Origin: Amoebophrya sp. A120
Taxonomy: Eukaryota > Protista > Dinoflagellata
Direction: 5' to 3'
Length of the DNA stretch: 64,000 nucleotides
Assembly (NCBI GenBank): GCA_905178155.1
Contig: CAJINV010000002.1
Coordinates: forward strand, 10,334,146-10,398,145
Position numbers and translations under genes: made by a program. Positions 36,301 through 48,900 of this stretch are shown here, piece after piece. Below the pieces are notes generated by a model, which was given only the letters and a program-made list of their open reading frames with translations, had not been told where the DNA came from and made no database searches. Position 1 is the first letter of the stretch. Every line of letters starts with the position of its first letter.

Positions 36301-37674
36301 CGGGCTTATTCTTTTTGGTGTCGTACCATTTTGGGTCAAACACCCCACCCTCTCGCGCGGCCACCGCCCACACCTTGAATTCCTGCTTGGTTTTCGTGTT
36401 GACGGCCCGGCCGGGAAGGTCAGCAAACGTCTCCACGGGGTCGTAGCGCCACTGTCCCTGCCGGGCCTTGCCGTCTGCGTTCGCAAACATGTCGTGCGGC
36501 TGACCCCACTCTGCTGCTATCAGGTCGCTCGCATTTCCGCGCACGGGTGCGATCGAGTCCCAAGCCTCGTCGGCGAGCCACACCGAAATGCTCTCCCCGC
36601 GGCTGGCCCACCGATCCATTTCTCCCCATTCCAGTCCGGCTTCGCGTAGTCCTTTCCGCAGGCCATTTCGCCCGACACGTGGCGCACGGTGAACTGCGTC
36701 ACCCAGCCCACCTCTTTCGGCAGCAGGAAGTGCCCGGTTACCGTGTCGCGAGGGTCGCCGCCGAAGCATATCACCTCTTTCAGATCGTTCTGCACATTGC
36801 TCCCACCCGCACTGTCAATCGTGGACTCCCACACCCCGCCGCCCTTCATGTGCTCGCTGTACCCGAGCAAGCCCACGGCGAATTCGCCGCCGGTCCCCGC
36901 AAGCTTGCAGGGATCGGAATCCGCGATTTTGTACACTTCAGGAACGTCGTACACGGGGTCCAGCTGCACTGTGTTTGTTTGCTCGGCTGGAAGTACAACA
37001 CCAATTGAAGCCTGATTGACTTCTGCTGCGCCCTCGCGTCCCTCGGGAGAAGATACTGGCACTATCTGCTTATTTCTGCGCAACAGACTCACTTTTGTAC
37101 CGTAGTTTTTCTGCAAGAGTGCAGCCGGAGGTGATTGGTCTAGTACTTGTTTTTCACGTTGTTCGACGCGAATCCGCCTCCGTCTCGCGAGAAGGCTATT
37201 GCTCGACTGCGCATTTTTTTTGAGCACCTCCACTGCATCCGCCCCGCGGCCTTTTGATTCTGCGAATGAGGCCTGCGAACTCTGGTGACTGCCTAACGTT
37301 ATCGCACTTCTTTCCGGTTCGTCGATCTGCTGACCTTTCAGCTGTGGCGTTTGTGCCGCCCGACGGGTAGCTCCGTGCGCCAAAAACGACCCTTTGCTAC
37401 CGAATCCTGAAAGAGTCTGTGTCTTGTAATTTGAATGCTCGGTTCTTGAAACAGTATCATCTTTCCTTCTTCCTGCAGATGAGCTTTTTTTACCATTTTG
37501 GCTGCTAGTTGCCTGTATTGTAGAAGTCGAGAAGGGCAATGCTACAACTACGGTGGGAAATAATGTCAAGAAGTTGCTGACGAATGTTATCACTGCAGTA
37601 GAAAAGCGCAAGCCGCGACACGCGAGCTTGGATCGGTTAGTTCTTGAACTGGGAAACAAGAGAAACAACGACAT
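30393..37674 (-). CDS. Giant receptor-like paralog of 18236-25256; apparent frameshift ~36620 and in-frame TAG 31983-31985 (pseudogene, recoding or assembly error)
   Basis: ORFs 36520..37674, 35960..36769, 35353..35865, 31983..35294 and 30393..31964 join via GT-AG intron 35760-35982 and introner 35145-35449. C-terminus VQSQCFIQSLSP..SGAVPISDLTS is shared with the paralog. Confidence 0.75.
35145..35449. mobile_element. Family-C introner, 305 bp; TSD CGGGA
   Basis: TIR tatgacaatgaaaaacacccccacccc / ggggtgggggcatttttcactgtaata. Joins SHSSR|GGGSPG. Confidence 0.95.
35997..36150 (-). repeat. ACN-codon tract encoding ~44 Thr (mucin-like stalk); similar tracts near 23670-23735 and 42210-42302
   Basis: (gtN)n on + strand with mixed third positions, in frame in the paralogs. 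Confidence 0.85.
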
Positions 37675-38366
37675 TGTCGGGTGATAAACGGGGGTGTGGG
37701 ATAAATATATAGCTCAACTCAAATCTTAAAGTTTTTTTGTCAAAAAAATCTCAACGGGGTACGAGGGTAAAACAAGCCACCAGCGCTCCTCCGGAGCGGG
37801 GCTGCCTGCCTGTGTATTTGGTAATTTTTGGGAAGGATCCGACTCAGGGCCGATGAAGAACTAAACTACACTAGTCATCAAAGTACTACATTTCAAACGT
37901 AGCAAGCAAGCGACAACCAAGCAACGATCATTAACGATTTGCATTTGGAGTTGGCCTTGACAAGTACGACAACTATAAAATTATTGATGAAAAGGAACGA
38001 AGACGAACGACGGCTTGGGTTGATGATCGACTGCTTTCGATAAAATCGACCATGGCAGAGATGACACAGCTTGACATGATCTACGCAAACGAAAGACGCA
38101 ACGCGAAGGAATAGAAGGACGGCGAGAGCGACCGGCTGTTAACATTACCATACGAGAACGCTTTACAGGCTGCAAGCGGAAAGAAACTTCTATTGCAAGC
38201 GGGTCAAATCACGGGCATCGACTTACTTGCTCTAAGTTCCGCTGAGATCGGGAGCGCAATCCTCATAGTTCGTTGAGTGAAACTGAACGAAGTTACGACA
38301 TGATGATCTGAAGATACGCACAAACTTCGCAACTGTTCTGTCAATTCAAGATGGCGGTTCGTGTGG

Positions 38367-40349
38367 CTACGGTGCAATTTCACTGCCTTTCCCCCTCTCA
38401 GCCAGCAAACCATCCCCATCCTGCTCTAGTACCGAACTGCTACTAACAACGGCAACATTCTCCGCGAGGGCAACTGCGGTGGAAAGCGCCTTCTGCAGCG
38501 AGACCGTGTCGCCGAACTCCACAACGTTAGCTACCCCCTCCGCCGCCGTCGAGACCGCGCCTTCTGCAGCAATTCCCGCGTCCATTGCCGGTCGCAGGGC
38601 TTCGCGCACACGCTCGATCACGTCGGCGCGGGTCCCCGCCGCCGCTGCAATCCGCACGTTGAGTTCTAAGGCAACGACATCCACGGCTGTGTCATTCTTG
38701 TTCCTCTCTGTGGTTGCTGGTTTTGAGGGAAAGACCGCTGCGTCAACGCCACCGTCTTCCCCTAGCAACGCAGTGCTGCTAATGCTATCACGACCCTCGG
38801 ACGGAGGTACAGTGGTCGACTCAGTTGCGGTGTCGCCGGACGGCATCCCCGTCGTCAGGCTCGTGCTTGTCGTGGTAGCGGTAGAACTTCTACCCGCCGC
38901 CTCCTCTACTACTGCGGTCGTACCACTGGGGATCGGATTCGGGTCCTCTTCAAGCGGTACGTACGACGCGTGCTTGAGGAGGTCTTCTCTAAGCGGTGCG
39001 GCCTGCGCCGCTTGCCTCGACGTTGTTGTGCTTGTGGTGGTGAAGATTTTGCAGGCGATCACTGTCGCACAAGTCACTCCAATGTTGTGGTCCTTCATGC
39101 CGTCCGCCGCACCCATGTTGAAGAAACTTTCCCCATGGACGATTCGATACTTCCCCGTGCGGTGTGCGGCGTGCTTTTCGCGAAACTGAATGTCCTCTAA
39201 AGTGTTGCTTTCATCCCGGAACGACAGATCCGGATCCTCGTACCCATTTCTCTGCACAGCCCAGATTTTGTACTCCGCCCCGGTTTTCTTACTGATCGCG
39301 ACGCCCGGGAGCTGGTCGCGACTTTGCACCGTATGGTACCGGAAAGACCCGGCGGCCGAACTGCGTGCGGGGTCTTCGGGCGTCGAGTGAAGGATGGTCG
39401 CGTCGGCGTCGTCCCACCCGTCCAGGCTCATTTGCGTTTGAGAAGCTTTAAACGGAGCCTCCGCGTAATTGTTGTTATCGCCCGTCACTAACCAGGGGGA
39501 AATGGCCCCGTTCCGCGAAGAACCCCACCGGTCGCGATTGCAGAACTCGCTCCCAAAAGGACCGCCGCAGGAGATCTCCCCATCGCGGTGGCGGAGGGTG
39601 ATTTGCATCACCTCATTCACTGCTTGGGGGAGGAAGAAATTTCCAATTACCGGATCGTCCGCGCTCCCGCCGAAGCAGACCCGGTAATCATCCGGGTGCT
39701 GTGAGGCTTCCGCCTGCCGGTCGGTTTTATTTCCATTCCAGGGCGATCCGGCAAGCGTGCTGTAGCCGTTTCTAATCACGATGGGAACTTCCAGTCCGTC
39801 CGGGTCCAGGCAGGGGTTTGTCTCACCTTCAGGCAAGGGTCCGAAATTGGCTGGGTTATCGGCAAACAGCTGTCGCATCCGCTGCGCTATGTTGCCCCCG
39901 CCATTCGTGCCCGCTGCTGTCTTTATTCCCTCTGAGTGCGAACTAGGGGTCGGCAAAGGGCGGGAGGGAGACACCGACGCACTTGCTTCGGTTTCCTCGC
40001 CGGTGGAGAGAACAGAGCTGCTTCGGATCGTTTCATCAGCGCGGAACATCCCCGCATGAACCTCGGTGTCTGTAGTTAATGAACCCGCATCATAATTTTT
40101 CGCAATTTTCCTAGTGGGAGTTCTCCTTTCCAATCCTCCCCGCAGCAAGAGTTTTGTTGCTTCGTTTCTCACTTTCGTGGATGAACGAGACATCTTTCTA
40201 CCAAGGTGTTCTGTGGTCACGAGAAGGTTCTGTGAAGCTAGGGCGCATCTCGAGATGGGCTCGACGTGCAGCAAGAAAATTAGCGAGCATGCGTGTACAT
40301 AAAAATTGCAGCACGTGCTCCACATAGCGTTGCGTGTAAGTGGTTGCAA
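38367..40349 (-). CDS. Secreted protein with the same 6-Cys domain plus S/T-rich tail (paralog 3, no introns seen)
   Basis: 660-aa ORF: NPCLD...CFGG...F.LP...ITLRH..GEISCG...C..DRWG.....IS.WLV...YRIVHGE...TCATVIAC. Confidence 0.8.
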   Translation of the reverse strand: MQPLTRNAMWSTCCNFYVHACSLIFLLHVEPISRCALASQNLLVTTEHLGRKMSRSSTKVRNEATKLLLRGGLERRTPTRKIAKNYDAGSLTTDTEVHAGMFRADETIRSSSVLSTGEETEASASVSPSRPLPTPSSHSEGIKTAAGTNGGGNIAQRMRQLFADNPANFGPLPEGETNPCLDPDGLEVPIVIRNGYSTLAGSPWNGNKTDRQAEASQHPDDYRVCFGGSADDPVIGNFFLPQAVNEVMQITLRHRDGEISCGGPFGSEFCNRDRWGSSRNGAISPWLVTGDNNNYAEAPFKASQTQMSLDGWDDADATILHSTPEDPARSSAAGSFRYHTVQSRDQLPGVAISKKTGAEYKIWAVQRNGYEDPDLSFRDESNTLEDIQFREKHAAHRTGKYRIVHGESFFNMGAADGMKDHNIGVTCATVIACKIFTTTSTTTSRQAAQAAPLREDLLKHASYVPLEEDPNPIPSGTTAVVEEAAGRSSTATTTSTSLTTGMPSGDTATESTTVPPSEGRDSISSTALLGEDGGVDAAVFPSKPATTERNKNDTAVDVVALELNVRIAAAAGTRADVIERVREALRPAMDAGIAAEGAVSTAAEGVANVVEFGDTVSLQKALSTAVALAENVAVVSSSSVLEQDGDGLLAERGKGSEIAP

Positions 40350-41103
40350 AAATACTTCGCTGTGCTAACTCTAAATTATATCAGTATCACGCCAGGTGAG
40401 TACAAAAATTAAGCCTCGAGCAACTCCGAGAATCACTATAACAGAGCAGATTAATATTGAGGGGAACGGCCTGTGGGGCAACGGAGATGCTCTTGTAACA
40501 CAAAATCTTTTTTCTTGTCTTTTTTTTCCAGTACGACGGTGATACGATTTGGTGAACCTTCAGAACGAAAGCGAGCTCGCCCTGGACGGAAAGGCACGAA
40601 AGCGAGCTACTATTAAAGAATGAAGAAGCGGCGACGCAAATGAAGGACGATCTGAGGACGCGCGAAATTTCTACTGCAGACGAAAGTAGAAGTAAGCGCT
40701 GGCTCTGAAGCACGAATCAATTGGGCTACTAACACTACGTGTGAGTTTTTCAGTATAGGATACAAACTGTGAGCCCCAGGGTCAGGAGAGGGGCTCGCCA
40801 GAATGATTGAGAGCACAATACAGGTATGTAAGTACGCTTTTTCGTGCATATTTGGGATGATGGTTTCGATCGTACTTCAGCATGCTTTGAAGGTTTTTGG
40901 GTCGCTATTGATCACACTTCAGCACAACATCAGGTGAGGGTAGAAGGGAACTCTTGCGGCATGCTAGATGCTTTTAGGAAAGGGGAAAACTAGCAAAGCC
41001 AAGCATTCGCCTGACACACTGCCACTGCCGTTGGAAAAAATCCAATGCCGCGGCTGTAACTGTAAGTGACACGACATCATTCAAGTCTATGGAATTGGAG
41101 TCG

Positions 41104-43849
41104 CTAGCAACACGAGCTTCCGCCGACGCCCTTGACGCCTTCTTCGACGTCAACGTTTTTTCCGCCGTCCTCGTCGCGTACCTCTGCCGAAGACTGGGGA
41201 AACAGATCTATGCTGTTACCGCCACCAATTGTTGCGCTCTCTTGCGTTGTGTTCGTGTTGTTGCCGGCTGCGGGAGCGGGCATCACGGTAGAAATGGTCG
41301 AATTCGAGTCCCGAACACCAGCGTCGTCCAAAATTGTTGTCGAAGAAGTGTTTGTCGTGCCCATGTCTTCTTGTACGGCGTTCGTAATCACGGCAGAAGT
41401 GGGCGTCGTAGTAGAAGTTGTAGTCGTGGTAGTCGTTGTCACTAGAATGCACTCGGGAGTGTAGAAGCTCTTGCCGTGTGTATCGTTCTTCAACATGTCC
41501 GCGATCGGGTAGCCACTGAGCGGCACTTGGTTGCAAACATGATCTGGATTGCCACTGTATTCCGCCCCCTTCTCGCAGCAGGCGCCATAGAAACCTTCAG
41601 CGACATCACCGGGGCATTGGTCACAAAGACCGAGCTCTGCGCACTGGCCGCTCCCACTCCCCAAGCAGGATTTCTGCTCCTTGACCCAGATCGGCACGGC
41701 CACACAAGAGTGGTACCCCGTGTGGTCGGTCCCGCTCGCCTCGTCAACCAACTTGCCCCTGAACCTGTCCCGCACATCTTGCAAGTGCGCGTCCGAGTTG
41801 ACAAAGTCCCAGTAGCGCTGCGTGAGAAAAGCTTTTTCGTCTTTTGTTCCCTCGATCACCGACAAAATGCGGCATTCGCGTGGATCCTCGGGCTGCCACC
41901 GCCCTTTGCTCAGTACTAGAGATGAGGTATTACTGATGTTCCAGCCTGCGTGGCCAGCAAAGTGGCGGCAGCAGGCCCCGGTGTAGTCTGCGCTGAAATT
42001 CCCCGGTCCACCGACAACGGCGCACTTGTCGCAAAAACCTGCTCCGTTCGTCTCTGCGCACGAAGACCAGCAGTCCATCGGCCCCTTCACCAAATCTTCC
42101 AAGGGGTTCTCACTTTTCACCTCAATCGTCAGCTTCCCACCGACGTCCTCCGCGTCGGTAGTACCATTGACACTGACAACAGTTTTCGAGATGGTATCAA
42201 ACGCCGTTTTACTCGTCGTTGTAGTGGTGGTCGTTGTGCTTGTTGTGGTAGTGGTCGTCGTAGTGCTTTTCGTCGTTGTCGTCGTGCTGGTTGTGGTCGT
42301 GAAGATTTTGCAGACGATGACTGTGGCGCAGGTGATTCCCTGATTGTCCCTGTCCGCCACGGCGAACAGGTTTTCTCCGTGCACCATCCGGTAGTGGCCC
42401 CAGCGGTGCCCGGCCTTCTGGTGGTGGAATTGGATGTCCTCCAAGGTGGTGCTCTCGTCCCGAAACGACAGGTCCGGGTCGTTCGGTCCGTGCTTCTGCA
42501 CGGCCCAAATTTTGTACTCCGCCCCGGTTTTGTCACTGATCGCGATGCCGGGAAGCTCCTCCCGGCTCCGGACCGTGTGGTAGCGGTAGGAGCCGGCGTG
42601 GGTGTGGGCGCCGCTCTCGTCGCTGCGAAAATTGTCCGCCCCGATGTCCTATGCATTGCAAATATGTCTGGGTCTGGAAACTTGTAATGCTGCGTTGGAT
42701 AATATAGTGAATGCTCTGTAATGCGCAGCCAAGCATGAGAAATATCTGCGCTTCGTTGTGTTGCGTTTTTCGCATGACAAACTGCGTTTTTGCATGACAG
42801 ACAAAAGGGTCTCTTCTTGGACACGCATCACAAACTTTTTGGTCATCCCAGACAAGCATGACAAATCTCGCAATCTTCCAGACCCAGACATTTTTGCATT
42901 TGATATGTCCCACCCGTCGTGGCTCATCTGCGTCTGCGAAGCCTTGAACGGGGCCTGGGCGTCTTGGTTTTCCCCCGTGACCAGCCAAGCCGAGATGGCG
43001 CCGAGCCGCTGGCCCCATCGGGAGTGCTGGCACTTCGTCGAATGTATCCCACAGAAAAAAGCTGGCAGGTCACATTTGTAATGCAAAAATATATAAATAC
43101 ACAAAGATCTGTATTGCGTATCCTAAGCAGCATGCTATGAGGCCGCCCATGTATTTATTTTTGCATTACAAATATGCCCTGCCAGCTTTTTTCTCTGGGA
43201 TAGAATGCTCGCCCCCCCTGGTTCCGCAGGAGATCTCGCCCGTCCGGTGGCGCAGCGTGATCTGCATCACGTCGTTGACCACTTTCGGCAGGTAGAAGTG
43301 GCCCGTCACGTGGTTGCCCCGGGTTCCCCCGAAGCAAATGCGGTCGTCCGGGGGCGGCGGGTCGCCCTGCTGGTAGGTTTGCGACTTCCACTTGTCTCCC
43401 GTGTGCGTGCTGTAGCCGCCCCTGATGACCACCGGAACCTCCAGCCCGTGCGGGTCCAGGCAGGGGTTCGACTCGCCGTCTTCCACCGGCCCGAACTGCT
43501 CTGGGTACTCGCGAAAAAGCCGCTCCATCTGCGCGTGAACCGTCATAACTTCTTCAGGTTCGTCTCCCGCGGACGGGGAGGTAGTTGTAGTAACGTTGGC
43601 TGTGCTGACTGGAGGATCCGTATCGGATCCGAGGCCGACCTTTTGACCGCGCCGATGCTTTTTTTGCAGAAGGGACACCGACTGACCGCCAAGACCGACC
43701 CTACTTCTCCGCTCTTGCTGCCCGCGTCGCAGCAGCGGGGTATAGTTTTCCATCAGCTTGTTCGCGGTCCGGACGTCCATACCATCCGTCACAGACAAGT
43801 GCAGCTGCGTGACTGCAAGGAAAAAGCTTGAGGGCACAGACCGCGCCAT
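41104..43849 (-). CDS. Secreted protein with 6-Cys domain, poly-Thr and two further Cys-rich modules (paralog 4); two introners
   Basis: Joins GGEHS|TKCQHSRWG and HDGWD|IGADNF are collinear with the intronless paralog at 38367-40349. Confidence 0.8.
42650..42905. mobile_element. Family-A introner, 256 bp; TSD TGTCC
   Basis: TIR tatgcattgcaaatatgtctgggtctggaa / ttccagacccagacatttttgcatttgata. Confidence 0.93.
43045..43202. mobile_element. Family-H introner, 158 bp, ~46-bp TIR; TSD GAATG
   Basis: TIR tatcccacagaaaaaagctggcaggtcacatttgtaatgcaaaaat / atttttgcattacaaatatgccctgccagcttttttctctgggata. Confidence 0.93.
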
Positions 43850-45907
43850 CCTTCAAGAAAATGCGCCGCTTTTAGTTCGTATTTGTTGAAAGACAAACTG
43901 ATATGAAGATTGACATTCGTGGGCGGAATGTCATTTTACAGCGCTGCTGTTGAAGACCAAAATGGAAAATGAGTAAATTATTGAAAATTGGCCATACTCT
44001 TGCGCTACAAAATGACGGGAAAAAAATGAAAAAGCTCCCTCTCGCGTTCAAGCCAGGAATCCGCAGCTTGACTAGTTGTAAAGATCAAAAAGAAAAATTG
44101 GCATATTTTACAAAATTGGCGATACTTTCGCGGGACACAATAACACGAAAAAAACGAAAAAGCTGCTTCTCGCGTTTGTGGGCGGGTTCGTACGCTGACC
44201 TGTGGCAATATTAGTCGGAGTAATTCTTTTGGAATGCAATGAGGGACTGAAGAGAAGAAAATCAGACTGATGTCTTTTAGTAGTCTTCTTTTCTTCATAC
44301 ATACCAAGCACACGTAGACCACCACATATGATTCGAATTATCTTTATTCACGACCGGATCATGTAGTTTTGAATCTTCATGAACGATCTTTTCACTGACG
44401 AAACACGACATCTTGTATGAACTGCAAGCCGTGACGAACGAAATAAACATGGAAGCAGCGCGATAGGAGTACGATGGCTTTATTGCACGATGAAAATGGA
44501 TACTACCCACAAGAATGAAGTAATTGAAGAACGTGGTACGAATACAACTCCGTCAAGATGCTACAACGAAACAACGCAACAACATACTTAAGAACCTTCT
44601 GGTCCTGCGGCGGAAGAAAATTTGCGCGCGCACACTGAAAATGATCGCGCGACAAAGCAGCTCTGTCTCACGTGGTAGTTGAAGCCACGAGTAGAGAAGG
44701 AGAGGGTATTAACTTCGCGGATGTGATGAATATTTCCTTACGGACGAGTACTACGCCCACGACCGTCTGACTCGGTCGTCGGTGCTTTTAGAGGGTTTAT
44801 CATGAATTGTCACTGGTCATTTTGAATTGTCGTTGTATGCGATGCCGTACATGATTCGAGAAGTTCGTATAAATGTAAATGGAAAAAGAATCGCGATATA
44901 ATAAAGTGAAAGCCGTGGGATTGGCTAGCTCTGGAGTAGAAAAGCTAAGTTCATTGTCAGTGTAGCAAAATATTATGTTGTGACACAGCCGCATGGCGCG
45001 TGGCAGACGTATTCGGGTTGGAAAGTTAAAGTTCTACTGTGCGGCGGGAGAAAACATACTAGTTACGGGTCGGGCTAAACGGCGGCAAGGAGTCGGCGTC
45101 ATGCCTGGTCCTCTTGCAACTGAAGTTGGAACGTGTCAAGCCCACAGCGCGTCCGCTCCTTGGCACATGGTCGTCTTGTCAGGTGCCATGCCTGCGCGAT
45201 GAAAAGTTCCTTTATCGGTTCATTTTCTATGTCAGCAAAGCCCATGAGAATGATAAGCGGTGAAAAGCTACGCCCGTAAGAGTTCCACCCGGGTTGTATT
45301 CCCGACTTCTACCACGGTCGTGCAGACACCCTAACCAGCAAAAACAGCAACTCGGTAGTGTCACCGGTTTCAATGCCGTGTCATCTCCAGAACCACAGGC
45401 AGCGGAATAAGACGACTCATACTCTTGAGAAGTCACTTTCTCTACTGCTTTTCGGACTGCTGCAACGGCCCATGTCGTTGCCAATATTTCGCTTCGTTTA
45501 ATATGACCCTGTTTATCGCTATCATGGATACAACTGTTCTATATATTGGTCCATCATCCATACGTAAAATGCGCGCATTCTAATTCATCAGACTATACAA
45601 CACTAGAGTAAAATATCGCGCGCCCTTGTCTGGCCGGCAGAATTGTAGGTTTATTTTTCTGACTCGTTTTCTGTTAGGATAATTTCTGTTCTTGAAACTT
45701 CTTTCGATACTAAAGAGAGGCATGAACAAGCGCAGCAGCACAAGTGCGCGGAGCAGCGCACTACTGCTAGTCCCTTGTGTTCATCGCTGGTGGTCAGCAA
45801 CTGAGCAACCTTTTCCTCATCCCGCAGCTCGACCGCCCCCTGTTATCGACACGGAGCACGATACTTGAAGAGCGAGTAGGAAAACCAAAACACGCCGACC
45901 CGCCGAG

Positions 45908-48900
45908 TCATAGCGCCTTGACCATTTGCGCGAAGGTGTACAGTTGCCTCGTAAAGTGGTCGCGGTTTCGGGAGGACAGCGTGTTTTCCACGTTCTGCAT
46001 CAGTTCCTCGAAAAAGTTCTTCAGCTTTTCCCGCCTTTCCTCGATTTGCTGCATGATCAGCCGGTCTTTGAGCTCCAGGTAGTAGTTCGGGTGCAACAGA
46101 ATCAGCGCGAGCAGGGGCCGGGACAAACTCCACGTCGAGCTAAACTCCCCGGCGAGGATGAGCTGGAACATGAGCGCGAGAATTTTCTTCAACGCGTCGG
46201 GCTGAGTGGTCAGGAACTGGGTCACGTATCGCCCCGCGTCGGTGGACTGGTTTTCCTTCTGGTGCTCCACGAAAAAGGAAACGATGTTGTCCACGATACT
46301 GCAGCACTGCATGCAAACAGAGACGTCGAAGGAGCACAGCCCCTCCTCCACCAGCGCGATTAAACGGGCAAGCTGGGACACGTCGAGCTCGAAAATTTTC
46401 TTCACGTGGTTTTTGCTCGTCAGGTCGAGAAAGGTGTAAAACGGCTTGAACGTCTTTTGGTAGGCGGATAACTCCACGGACGGGATGGACAGACACATCT
46501 GCAGCGCCAGAGACATCGACTTTTGCAAGCTGGTGTCGCCGTACAACTCGAATACACCGAAGTTGCAGTACCTGGGAATGAATGAATTTTTCAGCCTGAT
46601 ACAAAATCCTAGATAATGAGTTTTCCAGCCAGGCAGTACCTGGAAGTAATGCAGTGAAGTACGACCCCGACCCGTTGCAGATCCTATCAAACTTTTGGCT
46701 TGATGCATCGATCAAATTTTGCAGAGACGATGTTGAGAACAAGAAACACAATTTCGCAAGCTGTAGTAAGTACCCTCCGTTGAGCGCGTGAGAGAACATG
46801 TCGAGAGCAACCCCTATTCCCTTGTACTTTGCCTGGTAGAGGTTCCTATTTGGTGTCGGCACGGCGCCAATGCTTATCAAATGCAAAAGTGTCTGGGTCT
46901 GGAAGATTCTGAGACTTGTCATGCATGTTTTTTTTTTTTTCATTGGGCCCCGCTCTGTTTACGGATTCGGATTCGGATGTGCGCATTCCGCTCGTGATTC
47001 GCGGGGTTTACGCATATAAATTCATCACTAAGCTAGGAGGCCGGTGGACGTTGCCTAACATGTGATGCAGTTCTACGAATTCACCTGCCTGCCGCAGCAG
47101 GTTACACAGGGCCGACACCTTTCACACAGTTAAGCAGAGCGCGTTTATACCATCTTTTTTTTTCATGTTTTGCCTGGGCCATGATGTGTGTGATGCATGC
47201 CCTAGCATCACAGATTTTTTGAGGGCTTTGCGATGCCTATTCCGCATGACACATGTCCTCTCCGCGTAGAAAAAATTACACTCCCTTTGCTGCTCATGCA
47301 ATACAGATTTTTTTGGAATTCAAATTCAGCATCACAAGTTGCATTCTTCCAGACCCAGACATTTTTACATTTGATAATGCTGTTGCTGGTGCTATTCGCA
47401 AAGTCTCCAAAGTCCTTCTGGAGTATCCTCTGCCCGTAGGTTATCCTGAGTAAAAACATCCCCACCCCAGAGTTGTAATGCAGATGTGCAAAGATAGGAG
47501 GACTTGTAATGCGCATCCCCATGAGAGCCATTTCCAATCGTGTACTGGAGTTTGTCATGCTGTGAACAGGATGAGCAGATGAATCTGTGATGCGGCTGCA
47601 CTTGCTAACCTGCACTACACTGCGGAGCGCAACTTGTCATGCGTGACTCCCAAAACTCCTAGGTTTGTGTTGCAAAATCCCCATTCTGACTCTGGTGTGG
47701 GTACGTTTTTACTCAGGATATAGGTGGTGAGAATGTTACTTGCTTCCCGGAACAGCAGAATCCCATTCGGGCTTGATTGCTCGAAATTTATTCGCTGGGT
47801 CTGTTTTCAGATAATGAGGTCAAAATTTTTTCCGATTCCCCTTTGTTCGACTGAGATTACAACAGAAATGATGCATCCATGCATGCTGCATTTTTTGCTC
47901 CAAATACTTTCTACATTTTTTGTTCTCACGAAAAACAACTCCCAGTCCCATACCTTGTTGTAGCAGAACTCCGCCATGAATTTCAGCAACGGGGTGGTCA
48001 CTTCGTAGTCGTCCCAGAACTCATCTAGTGCTTTGTAAAACAGCGCGATTCTGTTGTGCTGCGCGTTACTTATGGACGCGTCCTGCACGAGCCACCCGAA
48101 CAGCAGCCCGTAGCTCTCCGCCCCGTGGCAAGCGAGAGTCAGCCCCCGCAAATCCCGACACAGCCCTATTATTCTGTGTTTTGCCTCTGGGTTCGCCTTC
48201 AAGGAACCGCTACCGCCTTGCGCGGTAACGGTGCGCACGCCGTCCAGGACGCGCGTCATGGGCTGCATAAAGTCCTCAAAGTGCTGCTTTTGTACGGACC
48301 AGTCCTCCCGCCCGTCCATGAAAAGGAGTTTCCCGAGCGTGTGGTAGTACTGTGATCGGTACTTCCCATACTTGATATTGTGGTACAAAAACTTAAACTC
48401 GTCTGCCGCGTGGTTTTTCATCATATACTGAACCTGCGTTTGTTGGTCAGTACAGTCCGGTGTGATACTAGTACACTCACCGTGCTAGTAACAAAGATGA
48501 GGGAGGAGAGGTGAAACAAAAAAAGAATTCCAATGCTACAACAGACACTTTCGATGAAACTTATACCATTTCGTTTTTGAGCAGCAATCTCCCGCTAACG
48601 ATCAAGTGCGGACTTCTTTCCGCGGTGTGGACAATGTTGATGCCCGCGGCCATCTCGTGGAACAAGGCCAACGACTTCGCCAACACCAACTCGTACTGAC
48701 ACCGGTGCTGCAGGTTTTTGCCGATTTTGTTGATCAGCATCCCCAGGATCGCGTTCTCGTCCTGCACGCCCAAGGTGGTTGCGAGCTGCTGCCCGCTGGC
48801 GGAGGAACTGTTCGATTTCGCGTGCTCTCCGATGTACACTTTTCGGAACTGTTCGAGGAAGTACAGGTAGGCCGTTTCGATCGTTTCCTGGCCGGACACG

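Noticed and set aside
46941-47155. RNase MRP/P or snoRNA identity for the nested insert
   Set aside because: ACAGAGCGGGGCCCA only loosely resembles CR-V. No matching CR-I (GAAAGUCCCC) and no C/D box pair.
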